From Mobula hypostoma (Eukaryota): a stretch of 64,000 nt of DNA. Under the pieces are notes generated by a model. The model made no database searches, was not told where the DNA came from, and worked only from the letters and a program-made list of their open reading frames with translations. Shown here piece by piece: positions 11,701 to 24,322 of the stretch. Location of the stretch: the NCBI RefSeq assembly GCF_963921235.1, contig NC_086097.1:158040001-158104000 (forward strand). Direction: 5' to 3'. How positions within the stretch are numbered: the stretch's first letter is position 1; every line of letters begins with the position of its first letter. The position numbers were made by a program, and so were the translations under genes.

Positions 11701-12631
11701 TTGGATCCATCTTGGATACAAAGTCAGTTGATACAAAGCCTACAAAGTTCCCAGGATATCTTCAGGGAGCGGTATCTCAGAAAGGCAGCATCCATTATTA
11801 AGGTCCTCCAGCACCCAGGGCATGCCCTTTTCTCGCTGTTGCCATCAGGTAGGAGGTACAAAAGCCTGAAGGCACACACTCTGTGATTCAGGAACAGCTT
11901 CTTCCCCTCTGCCATAAGATTCCTAAATGGACATTGAACCCTCGGACACTACCTCACTTTTTTAATGTATAGTATTTCTGTTTTTTGCACAATTTTTAAT
12001 CTATTCAATATACGTACACTGTAATTGATTTAGTTGTTTATTTGATATTATCATTATTTTATTTTGTTTTTTTTTCTTCTGTATGATGTATTGCATTGTA
12101 CTGCTGCTGCTAAGTTAACAAATTTCACGTCACATGCGGGTGATAATAAACCCGATTCTGATTCAGATTCCCCAAATCACTGGAGCAGCAATGCACAAGC
12201 GAGGGAGGATGGGCTCTGGATTGGCATTATGCTCAGATACGTCAAACTGCCAGGGGAGAGCATCGGCCTTGGTGTTCTTGCTGCCAGGATGATAGGAAAG
12301 GATGAAATTCAACGGGATTATGAAGAAAGCCCAATGGATTGACAGGAGTTGAGATTCTTAGTGTCCTGAATGTAGGAGAAGTTCTTGTCATCTGTCCAAA
12401 CCAAGAAGGGATGTTCTGTTCCCTCCAGCCATTGTCTCCATTTTTCCAGAGGCTTCTTGAGAGTCAAAAGTTCTTGATTCCCAACATAGTAGTTACTCTC
12501 GGCCAGAGTCAAGTGATGAGTAAGAAAGGCAGAAGGGTCAGCTCGCTACCTGCAGAAGAATGCTGAGTGAGTACAGCTCCTGCACCGATATCTGATGCAT
12601 CCACCTCGACAATGAAATGGCCAGGATGAGT
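8773..12631 (-). mobile_element. Chromovirus-type (Sushi-like) Ty3/Gypsy relic: 3' LTR 8773-9236, PPT, chromodomain, integrase, RNase H; 5' part lost
   Basis: RNase [39 protein letters not shown]; integrase LHGFPENIVSDQGPQFTS..ASGFHP and KLAPRYLGPF; chromodomain [17 protein letters not shown] (~9290-9380). PPT gggaggggggccc precedes TGTGAC at 9236. Confidence 0.88.
10531..12170 (+). mobile_element. Rex1/Babar-type LINE nested in the Gypsy relic
   Basis: ORF 10814-11431 [50 protein letters not shown]. Tail aataaacccgattctgattcagattc. Confidence 0.92.
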
Positions 12632-13651
12632 CTAGTTGTTGAAGATTAATTGGTGAGCTATGAAGGTGATATCGGCAATACCTGTAGATGGGCAGAAATC
12701 AAGCTATGTTTCAGGAAGTACTCCTTCAGATAGTGGAAGGAGTCTGTTGACAAAGGTACATGCAAGTACTTTGCTTGTTGACTGAAGGAAGATGCCTCTA
12801 TAATTACCACAATCTGCTTTGTCTCCCTTCTTAAAAATGGTGACTATTAGAGCATCCCTGAGTTCTGAGGGCAGTTGTTTCTTTTCCCAGACCTTCAGCA
12901 GCAAGGCATGTATTTGATGCAGTGTGCTGGACCACCTTCCTTAAGGATCTCTGCTGGCATCCCATCAGGACCTGTGGCTTTATTGCTTCTAATGCTCCTC
13001 ATGGCATCTTGGACCTCTTTCATATTGGGAGGTTCCCTTATGTCTTCATTCACAGGTCTCTGGGGGATTTAGTAGTAATCTCTGGTTCAGTAGTACTGTC
13101 ATAGTTAAAAAGTTCTTGGTTCTTGAAAGTGATCTCTCTATCGATCATTGATATCCTTCTGATCCTTTAGCAATCTCTTCCTATACTTTGAGTGCAGGGG
13201 TTTTAATCTGAAATAACTTGGACCATGTACCGTTTTAGTGGCACTGAAGAAGCCTCTCGGGTCATGAAAATTTGCCAGTCTCTGGATTTCCATGGCTTTC
13301 TCAGTCCACCAAGAATCCTTTAGCTCCCTCAACCTGTATTGGACATTAGCCTTGGCTCTTCAGTAAGTTGTATTTTGTTGCCGATGTCATTCTACCAGGC
13401 ACCAAAGGGTGTCAGTGTCAAACAGCCTCTTGAGTTTTAGTCTTAACCTAGCCTTCTTCCTATGAACTCTCATCTTTTCATGAGTTTCATGAACATGATG
13501 GAGTGGATCAGGTGATGATCTATCCAGCAGTCATCTGTGCCAATCTTGGCCTTTGTAATGGTTGTTCCTAGCTCCAACAATGACATTGTCAATGAGATGC
13601 CACTGTTTAGATCAGGAGTGCTGAGAAGATGCCTTGACTTTGTTTTTCAAG

Positions 13652-13781
13652 GAGCAGGCCACAATTTTAATGTGTTGGCAAGGAAAGCAGTGGATGACAG
13701 GACACTTAAATCCACCAAGAAAAAAAGCTGTTGCTATTACAGGTGAAATGGAACTGCTGTCTTTATAGATGAAGACATTAG
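13652..13781 (+). repeat. Right copy of ~125-bp direct repeat (long TSD of the RTE)
   Basis: acaattttaatgtgttggcaaggaaagcag...aaaagctgttgctattacaggtgaaatgga...atagatgaagacattag begins where RTE homology stops. Confidence 0.8.
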
Positions 13782-14934
13782 CTTTCTTCAACCATATCTA
13801 CATTTTATAGTGACAAACAAATTGCTCGTAATATGAATGCAGCAGATTACACTGAAGTCCTTCTTGCTACAAAAGTCGTTCTGGAGTTATGCAATATATG
13901 ATAGACTATGAGCTGACAATGTGATTTTCTGTTCTTAGTTTGTAATTATCATCACCTTCATGCTATTTTATCCTCTCCACACTTTCTCCACTACCACCTA
14001 AATATCTACCCCTTTCCAAATGTTTAGATCAATTGTCTCTTTCTCTTAAACACAATCTCCAGGGTAGTAATCTCTGAATTGTTGTCTGTGTCATGTGCCA
14101 GTGAGGGTAAGAATAGAATGATTTGGCAGATGAATGCGTGGCTGAGGAACAGGGCCAGATTAACCTAGTAGCAAAAGTAGCATATGCTACAGGTTCCGCA
14201 TTTTCGAGGGCCCTGCCCGCACTAAATGCTTGCAAGCTGCAGTCTGGTGAAATTGGCATCTCGCTGTATTCTCACAACTGTTAAAGTGAGTTTTGGGTAG
14301 ACGATTCATTTACACTTAAATAAATTACTTCAGCCATCAGTCTTCTGTTATTTGACAAAGTACTGTGGATTGAGTTCATAACAATGCATTTCCTAAAATC
14401 TGTGAATCCAGTTTCATTTGTAACAATGCATCTCTGGCACCTCTGAGACAAGAATGCTAAATTTACAGGTAGTTGCGAAGACAACATATCTATACTTTTT
14501 GAATATGAATTGTCCTCTATGTTAGCACGTAACATACCAAATAATTTATAATGGATTTTAACTTGCATTCCTAAAGGCCATGAATGCCAGCTTAGGCATA
14601 CTGGTGCCGGTGGAATGAATTTAATCAAAAGATGTGAAAACTTCAAAGAATTGTCTATACTTGTAACTATGAATTGTCCTTTGTGTTTAGCAAATAAATA
14701 TCGAGCTTCCATCACAAGGTGGTTAGACCTGTTCTGCCAGGGGTCTCTGCCTGCTGTAACCTTGTTTTGTCGAATAAAGAAATGACCTTGTACCTACCGG
14801 TAATGCAACGCTCTATGATTTCATCCACGCCACAACAACAACAATCTGGCAATGCTGTTGTTTTCATGTTGGGGGAGCTGCATGCTGCATGGTACAGTAT
14901 ATGTTTGCAGGCGTGTGTTGGCTCCTTGATGTGT

Positions 14935-16566
14935 CGTGGTATAAATGCTCATGCAAACCAAGGAAGGGGACATAAATCATACCTATCTAAAACAACATGT
15001 GAGGAATTCATCAATCTGATTGGATCCAGCATACTGGATCACAGTATCGGTGAAGTGAAGAAATACAAGTATTATTCTGTTTCATTGGATACTACTCCAG
15101 ATATATCTAATGTGGGCCAGCTGACTTTGACTGTGCACTACGTTCTGCTGTCTGGACTAGTTGAAAGATTTGTGAAGTTTTTGGATATGGAAGGTCATAG
15201 TACTGAACAGCTCGCTCAAAGTTTACTTGACTTTTTAAAGGAAAATGACATTGATATAAAAGAATGCCATGGTCAAATTTATGACAATGCCAGCAACATG
15301 AGGTGGTAAGTATAGTGGCTTATATGCACGAATTATAGAGCTGAATGAGTTTGCAGATTACATTCCATGTTTTGCACATTCACTAAATTCGGTTGGAAAA
15401 TGTGCTGCTGAATGTTGTCAAGAAGCATTAATTTTCTTTCAATTTGTAGAAAGCCTGTACACACATTTTTCTGCTTCTACTTATCGGTGGGATCTCCTTT
15501 CTGCTGCATTATCTGATGGTGGTGCTCATTTGCCTATTGTGAAGAGAATGTCAGATACCAGGTGGTCAGCTCATGCAGATGCAATGAAAGCACTTTTACA
15601 CAGCTTTTCTGCAATTAAATAAGTCTTGGATGACATTTCAAATAACAATGATCAGAAGGCAGAGTGTCGACAACAGGCTCGTGGACTACTTTCAACCACG
15701 ATGAAATTGGAAACAGGAGTAATGGTCATATTCTGGGATCAAGTATTACAGAGTTTTCAAATGACCAGTACTTCTTTGTAATCTTCTGGCCAAGACTTGA
15801 ACACAACTTGTGTACTCTATGAATCTTTGCATGGATATATTCAAGCTATGCAGTCTACTTTTTCAGACATTGAGCAAAAAGCCAAGGATTGACTAAGTGT
15901 GAAGATTATCAACAGCAAACTCAAAGAAAACACAAGCAAAGTCACGCGTTTGATGATTTCAGTGGTTCCAGCACTCTTGATCCACTTGTTGGATCTCAAA
16001 CGCCTTCTCAGAAGTTTAAAAGCCGAACATTTCTTGCCACTATTGACAGCTTGCTTTCTGCCCTGTCAAAAAGGCAGAAAGCTTATCTAAAGGTGAATGG
16101 TGTTTTTGGATTCCTTCATCAGTTACGGTGGTTTACACCTGAAGAGGTTGTAAAGAGGTCATCAAATCTTATTAAATCATATCCAGAAGATCTGGAAGAA
16201 AGTTTTAATGAAGAATTTATGCAGTTTACTGAACTGTTGAAAACTGATCTTGCTTCTCATATTGGCGCCAAACAAGACCTTGTAGAGTTACAGTTGTACC
16301 GTTTGATAACTGACAATTCTTTGCAGTCATGTTTTCCAAATGTAGAAAATGCCTTGCACATCTATTCGTCACTCATGGTTACCAACTGCAGTGGAGAAAG
16401 CTCATTTTCAAAACTGAAGAGGATTAAAAATGAACTAAGGAGGACCATGGGACAAAACAGATTGAACAATCTCACTCTAATGAGCATTAAACATGAACTT
16501 CAGCATGAAATGGACATTTCCAGTATCATCAACAAATTTGCTCATACTAAATCTAGAAAAATCTAA
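14935..16566 (+). pseudogene. hAT transposase pseudogene (DUF4371-like region, catalytic core, hAT C-terminal dimerisation domain); N-terminus missing
   Basis: YYSVSLDTTPDISNVGQL, GQIYDNASNM, IPCFAHSL, SDTRWSA, FPNVENALHIY..VTNCSGESSFSKLKRIKNELRRTMGQNRLNNL. Internal stops present. Confidence 0.9.
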
Positions 16567-16697
16567 CTTTTAAGTTGTAGTTTTGTTACTTTTGATATTT
16601 GAAATTGATACCTACATGTAAATAATACTTTTACTGAAGTGTCAGACATTTTTCGTATTATCTGGCTGTATAGCAAATGAAAAAATTGACTTTGTTT

Positions 16698-17533
16698 TGT
16701 GACAAAAGACCAAGTTATCAGAAGATTGATGCTAATGAGAGAGATAAGTGAGACAATGGAGCAGCATTCGGAAATGTTACTGAGAGACAAGAGAGATTAA
16801 CGAAAAGAGACACGGTTCCGAGTATTGTCAGACCGGTTGCTTTGAACCTGAACTGTTTGAAGTTTGATGGACAGGCGATACCCCAGCAGGGGGATAAAAG
16901 GAACAGGTTCGCTAAGGCAAGACAGACACCACGAGATCACGAGATAACGAGACCCTGGAAGTGCAGTGTGCCCCCACAAGTTGGTGTGAGTTTTGAGGGT
17001 CTGGTCGCGGGCCCAACCATAGACGCACAGGGTGAAAAGGTGTGATCGGCGAGAACCTGGTGTGTGTGTCCGCCCTTGCCTGGGTGCCGGGTTCACCATG
17101 GAAGGACGATCGTATCCGGAACGGAGGGGTCACAGGTGGTGACCTCAGAAGACAGTAAAAGGGCTCGCCCGAAAGCTAACTGCGAGGAACATCAAAGGTC
17201 TGTTTTGAATCAGGAAATTTGCATATTCGCTCTCTCTCTCTCCAATGGCACAACAGCGATTACTGCAAACTGTATTAAGCTGAACTGAACTCTGCATCAC
17301 TTGAGACTGATCATTTTACCCCTAGACTGCGATAGAGCTTGATTGATTCCTATTATCCTAGTTCTGTGTACATGTGTGTTTTACCATTGCTAACCTTTTG
17401 CATTTATATCCTTACTATTAGAGTACTGTGTTACTTATTTCTTTAATAAAACTTTCTTAGTTCCAGTAATCCAGACTCCAACTAAGTGGTCCATTTCTGC
17501 TGGTTTGGCAACCCAGTTACGGGGTACGTAACA
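16698..17533 (+). mobile_element. Solo LTR (836 bp) inside the hAT
   Basis: TGTGAC...GTAACA termini, 4-bp TSD GTTT on both sides, aataaa near the 3' end. A second family member lies at 61908-62733 in reverse. Confidence 0.88.
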
Positions 17534-20161
17534 GTTTACTATGCAAGTAAATAATTTGTTTTAATACTTATGTGCATTTTTTAAAATTTAGGGCCCCTTT
17601 ATAACATATGCTACAGGCCCCGCACTAGCTTAATCTGGCCCTGCTGAGGAAGTGGTGCAGGAGGCAGGGGTACAGAGTTATGGATCAATGTGATCTCTTC
17701 TAGGGAAAGTATGACCTGTACAGAAGGGACAGGTTATGTCTGAGCCTGAGGGGGTTCAATATCCTTGCAACAGTTTGGCTAGAGTAGCTCAGGTGGGTTT
17801 AAACTAACTTGTCAGAGGAATGGGAACTGGAATAATAGAGCTGAAGATGAGGTAGTTGTGGTTTATGAACAGAGGTAATGCGTAGCGAGACTCCTAGTAA
17901 GGTGAGGCTGGTGTTAGGGCAAAATTGCAGTCAACAGGATAAATTGCAACGTAATAGGTGGACAAAATCGAAAAGGGTGAATGCAGGACTGAAGGTGTTA
18001 CATTTAAATGTGTGCATTATATGGCATAAGGTAGATGAACTTGTAGCAGATTGGCAGGTAGGCATCACTGAATCATGGCTGAAAGAAGATTATACCTGGG
18101 AGCTTAATATCCAGGGATATACATTGTATCAAAAGGGCAGGCAAGAAGGCAAAAGGGACAGCATTTCTCTGTTGGTAAAAAATGAAGTCAAATAATTAGA
18201 AAGAGGCAACATGGAGTCAGAAGAATATGAACCATTGTGGATAAAACTAAGGAAATGCAAGGGTAAAAAATCCCTGATGGGAGTTGTATACAGTCTCCCA
18301 AACAGTAATAAGGATGTGATCTACAAATTACAACACAATATTGAAAATGTACATCAAAAGGGCATGGGGAATTAATGGGGGATTTCAATATGCAGGTAGA
18401 TTGGGAAAAGTAAGTTGATGATGGATTCCAAGAAGTGATATTTCTAGAATGCCTATGAAATGGCTTTTTAGAGCAGCTCATGGTTAATCCCACTAGGGGA
18501 TTAGCTATTCTGGATTGGGTGTTGTGCAATGAAACAGAATTGATTAGAGAGCTTAAGATAAAAGAACCTTCAGGGAAAAGTGATCATAATATGATTGAAT
18601 TCACCATGAATTTTGAGAAGGAGAAGCTAAAGTCAGGTGTATCAGTATTACAGTGGAGAAAAGGGAATTACAGAGGCATGAGAGAGGAGCTGGCAAGAAT
18701 CAATCAGAAAAGAACACTGGCAAGGATAACAGTGAAGCAGCAAAGGCAAGAATTTTTGGAAGCAATTCGGAAGGCACAGGACATATACATCCCAAAGAGG
18801 AAGACTTATTCTAAAGACAAAATGACACAACCGTGGCTAACAAGAGAAGCGAAAGTCAACATAAAAGTCAAAGAGAGGGTTTATAGTAGAGCAAAAATTA
18901 ATGGAAAGTTAGAGGATTGGGAAGCTTTTAAATCCCAACAGAAGGCAACTAAAAAGTCATTAAAATGGTAAAGATTGGTTACGAAAGTATGCTAGCCAGT
19001 CATATTAAAGAGAATACCAAAGGTTTCCTCAGATACATGGTGTAAAAGGGAGGCAAGAGTAGATATTGGACCACTGGAAGATGAGGCTAGAAAGGCAGTA
19101 ATGGAGGACAAAGAAACGGCTGATGAACTGAATAAGTATTTTGCATCATTCTTCACTGTGGAAGATTCTAGCTGTATGGTGGAAATTTCCGGGGTTAGGG
19201 GTCATAAAGTGTGTGATGTTACCATTACTAGTATCAAAGTTCCAGGAAACTGAAAGGTCTGAAGGTAGATAAATCACCTGAATCTGGTGGTATACACCCT
19301 TGGGTTCTGAAGAAGGTGGTTGAAGAGATTGTGGAGGGATTAGTAAGGATCTTTCAAGAATTGCTAGATTCTGGAATGGTTACAGAAGAATGGAAAATTG
19401 CAAATGTCAATCAACTCTTCAAGAAGGGAGAAAGGCAGAAGCAAGGAAATTATAGGCCAGTTAGTCTGACCTCTGTGGTAGGGATGATGTTGGAGTTGGT
19501 TATCAAGGATGAGTTCTCAGGTACTTGGAGCCACATCATAAAGTAGGCTGGAGTCAGCCTGATTTCCACAAGGGAAAATCTTGCCTGACAAATCTGTCAG
19601 ATTTCCTTGGAGAAATAACAAGCAGGACCAACAAAAGAGAATTGGTTGATGTGTGTACTTTCAGAAGGCCTTTGACAAAATGCCACACGTGAGGCTTCTT
19701 AACAAGCTACAGGCCATGGTATTACAGGAAAGGTTCTAGCATGGATTAATCAGTGGTTGATTGGCAGGAAACAAAGAGTGGGAATAAAGGGAGCCTTTTC
19801 TAGTTGGCTAACAATGGCTGGTGGTGTTCCACAGGAGTCAGTGTTGGGACAAAGTCTTTTTACATTACATGTTTTATGATTTGGATGATGGAATTGATGG
19901 CTTTGTTGCAAAGTTTACAGAGATACAAAGATAAGTGGAAGGGCAATTAGTTTTGAGGAAATAAAGAGGCTACAGAAGGACTTAGACAGATGAGAATGGG
20001 CAAAGAAGTAGCAGATGGAATACAATATCGGTAAGTGTATGGACATGCGCTTTGGTAGAAGAAATGAAAAAGTTGACTATTTTCTAAATGGAGGGAAGTA
20101 CAGAAAAATGAGGTGCAAAGGGACTTGGTAGTCCTTGTGCAGGATTTGCTAAAGGTTAATT

Positions 20162-20186
20162 AATAAAGTATATCTATCTATCTATC
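20162..20186 (+). mobile_element. 25-bp LINE tail insertion (AATAAAG + (TATC)n) in CR1 RT
   Basis: Interrupts the CR1 sequence aaggttaat|ttttaggttgag. TAATT direct repeats at 20157-20161 and 20187-20191. Confidence 0.55.
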
Positions 20187-22059
20187 TAATTTTTAGGTTG
20201 AGTTTGCAATGAAGAAGACAATTGTGATGTTAATATTCATTTCAAGACAACTAGAATATAAAAGCAAGAAAGTAACATTGAGACTTCATAAAGCACTAGT
20301 GAAGATTCACTTGGAATATTGTGAGCAGGTTTGGTCCCTTATCTTACAAAAGATGTGCAGAAACTTGAGAAGGTTCAAAGTAGGTTCACGAAAATAATTC
20401 CAGGTTTGAATGGCTTGTCACATGAAGAGCATCTGATGGCCCTAGGCCTCTATTCACTGGAATTCGGAAGAATGAAACCTATCAAATGGTAGAATGACTT
20501 GATAGAGTGGTTGATAAGAGGATGTTTCCTATGGTGAAAGAGTTTAAGACCAGATGACACAGCCTCAGAATAGAGAGGCGTCCTTTTAGGGCAGGGATTA
20601 GGAGGAATTTATTTAGCCAGAGAGTGGTGCATTTATGGAATTCATTGTCACAGGCAGCCGTGAGGTCCAAGTCTGTATGTATATTTAACGCAGTGGTTGA
20701 TAGATTCTTAATTGGTTAGGGCATGAAGGGATAAGGGGAATAGGCAGGAGATTGGGGCTGAGAGGAAAATTGGATCAGCCATGATGAAATGGCAAAGCAG
20801 ATTCAATGGGCCAAATGGCCTAATTCTGTCCTATTTCTTATCGTCTTATGGTCTATTAGTTTCATGGTATCATGGCAGCCATGCATGACTGAAGAGAAAG
20901 AATTTTCTCTCATGGAGGACACTATATCTTCAGAGTTTTCTCATCCAGAAGGCTACAGATGCACAGAAGTTGCACACATCCAAAATTGAGATTGAGGGAT
21001 TTTAAGACACCAAGAGATCAGAATTCCCATACTAATATATTATTTTTTAAATAAGAGATTCAAAACTGTTTCCACAGCACTTCCGGTAATAAGGGAACCA
21101 AAATTATGCACAGTATCCTAACTATTAATTATGCCCTTCATTACTATGACTGTTTGGGACCTATATACAGCTCCCATCAATACCCTCTGTCTTGTGCAGT
21201 TTCTTATATCCAGTTAAATTAATTCAAAATTTTTGATTTTTCAAGGTAAGATCATTTCTCATTCTGCCTTTATCCATGCATATTTGTTAGGTTATTGCAT
21301 CTCATTTTCCAATTTGCTTGTCTACTTACATTTTGGAGCATTTATTTCCCAGATTTGTCACTTTCCAACCATGTCTATAATGACTATTTGATAATACTTA
21401 TTCTTTTTTCATTCGTGTCCTCTGTTTATCTATCTTGCTGCAAATGATACAAACAGTCAGAAGTTGAGCCATCGATGTAGGCTTTATTAGCGTTTTCTTC
21501 TCCTTTCAATATACTATATCTCTTCCTGACGCACTCTGATATTTACTATTGAATTTGATACCTCATTCTGCCCCATACTTTTCGGTTTAACTTTCTTAAT
21601 TTTTTTTTTCATCTGAAGCCTTTCTAACAACTATCAAGTTCAAAGCCTTATTTCAAGCCAAGTGGGCAGTTCACTCAGACACTAATCACAGCTTAATTCA
21701 GATCCAATTTTCCCCATTTTCCCACATATCATTTCCCCACTTTCTATATTATTGAAAAGCTGTGTCCTATTTGTTGAAACCTTTTGGCCCCTTCTCTGTC
21801 CGTGAACCAATATTCATTTCTCAGATCTTACTGATTCTGTTACAATTTGCATATTGCTTTGGTAAATAATCTGGATATTACTGTCTTTGTACTTTATTTT
21901 AATTTGGTCATTTAATGCTCAAAATACTTCTGCTAGAACTCTTATGTTATTCTTTCCCACCTTGACATACGAACTAAACCATTTTCAACCCATTCCAAAG
22001 TTCTCTCCATCATTGAGGATATTGGAAGTGTTGAGAAACAGAAAAAAAAGCAAAAGTGA

Positions 22060-22589
22060 GATAGATTATGAATACACATAGTCCTCTTTTATTGTCATTT
22101 AGTAATACATGCATTAAGAAATGATACATTATTTCCTCCGGTGTGATATCACAAAACACAGGACAGACCAAGACTAAAAAAAACTGACAAAACCACATAA
22201 TTATAACATATAGTTCCAAAAGTGCAACAATACCATAACTTGATGAAGAAGTCCATGAGCACAGTAAAGTTCAAAGTTTCTCAAATGTCTCACATCTCAC
22301 GCAGACGGGAGAAGGAAGAAAAACTCCCCCGCCACGTCGACCACAATCCGACTCTTGAGTCATCCGAAAACTTCGAGCTCTGATCAGCTCTCCGACACCG
22401 AGTACTGAGCACCATCTCTGTCCAAGTGATTTGACCTCTTTCCTCAATCACCAAAAGCAGGCAAGGCCGGGGATTTTGAGGCCTACCCTCCGAAAGATTC
22501 CCGACCACGCAGTAACGACAGCAGCGAACAAGCGTTTCAGAAATTTCTCCAGATGTTCCTCTGTGCTTTCATGTCCATTCTCCATCAAC
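22060..22589 (-). mobile_element. Young non-autonomous retroposon (LINE-tail/SINE-like)
   Basis: CpG-rich non-coding block ending on the minus strand in gacaataaaag...ataatctatct, like the Rex1-type tails elsewhere in the window. Confidence 0.55.
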
Positions 22590-23289
22590 CTATTTTGTGT
22601 TTTGGGTGTAGTTTGCAAAGGCCCAGAACAAAATGAATGGAAATTTGCAAAGGTGTGAGGTAACGCAGGTAGATGCTTTTGTTAATGGGCTAATAAATTA
22701 AAGCCAAAACAGATTTGTTGAAACATGACTGAATTCTTTGGGGTGACCAAGAGTGATATATATGGAGCTCTGCAGTCTATGCAAGGTCTTTCTGAAAACT
22801 TTCAAAAATTATAATGAACGTATAGAAAAGCAAATTCTGATGAGATGTAATGGAGTATGCTAGTACATAGAAAACTCATTCAGAGAAAAATGACAAGTAA
22901 CAAACAGGTGTTTCTTAGGCTCAGGAGAAATATATAGCAATGCACTGCATGGATTGATACCCAAACCATGTTTTTAATAATGTCTTTCCCAGTTACTGAA
23001 TATTCACTAAAAAAACTTCACTATATTGCAATTAATTTGTTGCTTAGAAGTTTTATATCCTAGAAAGAGAATAGAGATCAGATATCTACTCTGTCCCTAA
23101 AAACAGTAATCTTTTTGTTCAAATGAGAGTGCATATGAAATATAGAAGCTATTTAAAATAAGAAAATAAAACTCTTCTAAGCATCTGCCCTCTTGTATTT
23201 GGCAACATGACCATTGGTTGAATGATGTGTACCTTTCAGCTTGCATGTTTCAGCTAATCAAAAAAGTCATGGTTTGTCTTGAATTTAAT

Positions 23290-24322
23290 CTGTGTGCTCA
23301 GTCCACTGCTGTTCACTCTGCTGACCCACGACTGTGCTGCAACACACAGCTTGAAACACATCATCAAGTTCGCCGATGACACGACCATGGTGGGTCTCAT
23401 CAGCAAGAACGATGAGTCAGCATACAGAGAGGAGGTGCAGCGGCTAACGGACTGGTGCAGAACCAACAACCTGTCTCTGAATGTGAACAAAACAAAAGAG
23501 ATGGTTGTTGACTTCAGGAGGACACAGAACAACCACTCTCTGCTGAACATCGATGACTCCTCCATAGAGATCGTTAAGAGCACCAAATTTCTTGGTGTTC
23601 ACCTGGCGGAGAATCTCACCTGGTCCCTCAACACCAGCTCCATAGCAAAGAAAGCCCAGCAGCGTTTCTACTTCCTGCGAAGGCTGAGAAAAGTCCATCT
23701 CCCACTCCCCATCCTCACCACATTCTACAGAGGTTGTATTGAAAGCATCCTGAGCAGCTGCATCACTGCCTGGTTTGGAAATTGCACCATCTCGGATCGC
23801 AAGACCCTGCAGCGGATAGTGAAGTCAGCTGAGAAGATCATCGGGGTCTCTCTTCCCACCATTACAGATATTTACACCACACGCTGCACCTGTAAAGCAA
23901 ACAGCATTATGAAGGACCGCATGCACCCCTCATACGAACTCTTCTCCCTCCTGCCGTCGGGCAAAAGGCACCAAAGTATTTGGGCTCTCACGGCCAGTCT
24001 ATGTAATAGTTTCTTCCCCCAAGTCATCAGAATCCTCAATACCCAGAGCCTGGACTGACACCAACCTACTGCCCTCTACTGTGCCTATTGTCTTGTTTAT
24101 CATTTATTGTAATGCCTGCACTGTTTTGTGCACTTTATGCAGTCCTGGGTAGGTCTGTAGACTACTGTAGTTTTGCGTTGTTTTTTACGTAGTTCAGTGT
24201 AGTTTTTGTATTGTTCATGTAACACCATGGTACTGAAAAACATTGTCTCATTTTTACTGTGTACTGTACCAGCAGGTATGGTTGAAATGACAATAAAAAG
24301 TGACTTGACTTGACTTGACTTG
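23290..24322 (+). mobile_element. Rex1/Babar-type LINE, 5'-truncated, young
   Basis: Open 259-aa frame [55 protein letters not shown]. Tail aataaaaag(TGACT)4. Confidence 0.93.

Larger units (their letters stand above)
6645..13651 (-). mobile_element. RTE-clade LINE, 5'-truncated, split by nested insertions (pieces ~6645-6960, 8285-8772, 12632-13651)
   Basis: Endonuclease end SKQWHLIDNVIV..IGTDDCWIDHHLI (13500-13650). RT start LRDALIVTIFKKGDKADCGNYRGI. Also FTYPGN..TLLYGVETWT..LEKYH and the C-terminal CPHCTRTCG..IGLYSHLRT (6700-6790). (CTA)n tail at ~6643-6653; flanked by a ~125-bp direct repeat. Confidence 0.88.
14150..17643 (+). mobile_element. hAT DNA transposon (Tip100/ZMYM1-like transposase), defective
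   Basis: TIRs CAGGGCCAGATTAA(c/g)CTAGT at 14150-14169 and 17624-17643. Perfect 8-bp TSD CTGAGGAA at 14142-14149 and 17644-17651. Confidence 0.95.
14058..20853 (+). mobile_element. CR1 LINE, near-complete (ORF1 C-terminal esterase, ORF2 APE endonuclease plus RT, 3' UTR), decayed and split by a hAT
   Basis: ORF1 reads NRMIWQMNAWLR|KWCRRQG across the hAT. Endonuclease motifs VGITESWL, PTRGLAILDWVL and SDHNMIEF; RT motif KQGNYRPVSLTS. 3' end ttcttatcgtcttatggtct. Many stops and frameshifts. Confidence 0.93.

Noticed and set aside
15889..16566. ZMYM1-like host gene
   Set aside because: Lies between hAT TIRs with an 8-bp TSD, and the upstream transposase has stops, so it is a transposon relic.
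23279..24058. 259-aa ORF as a host or domesticated gene
   Set aside because: It is the C-terminal part of a Rex1 RT starting at a truncation point and followed by the LINE tail; openness reflects youth.
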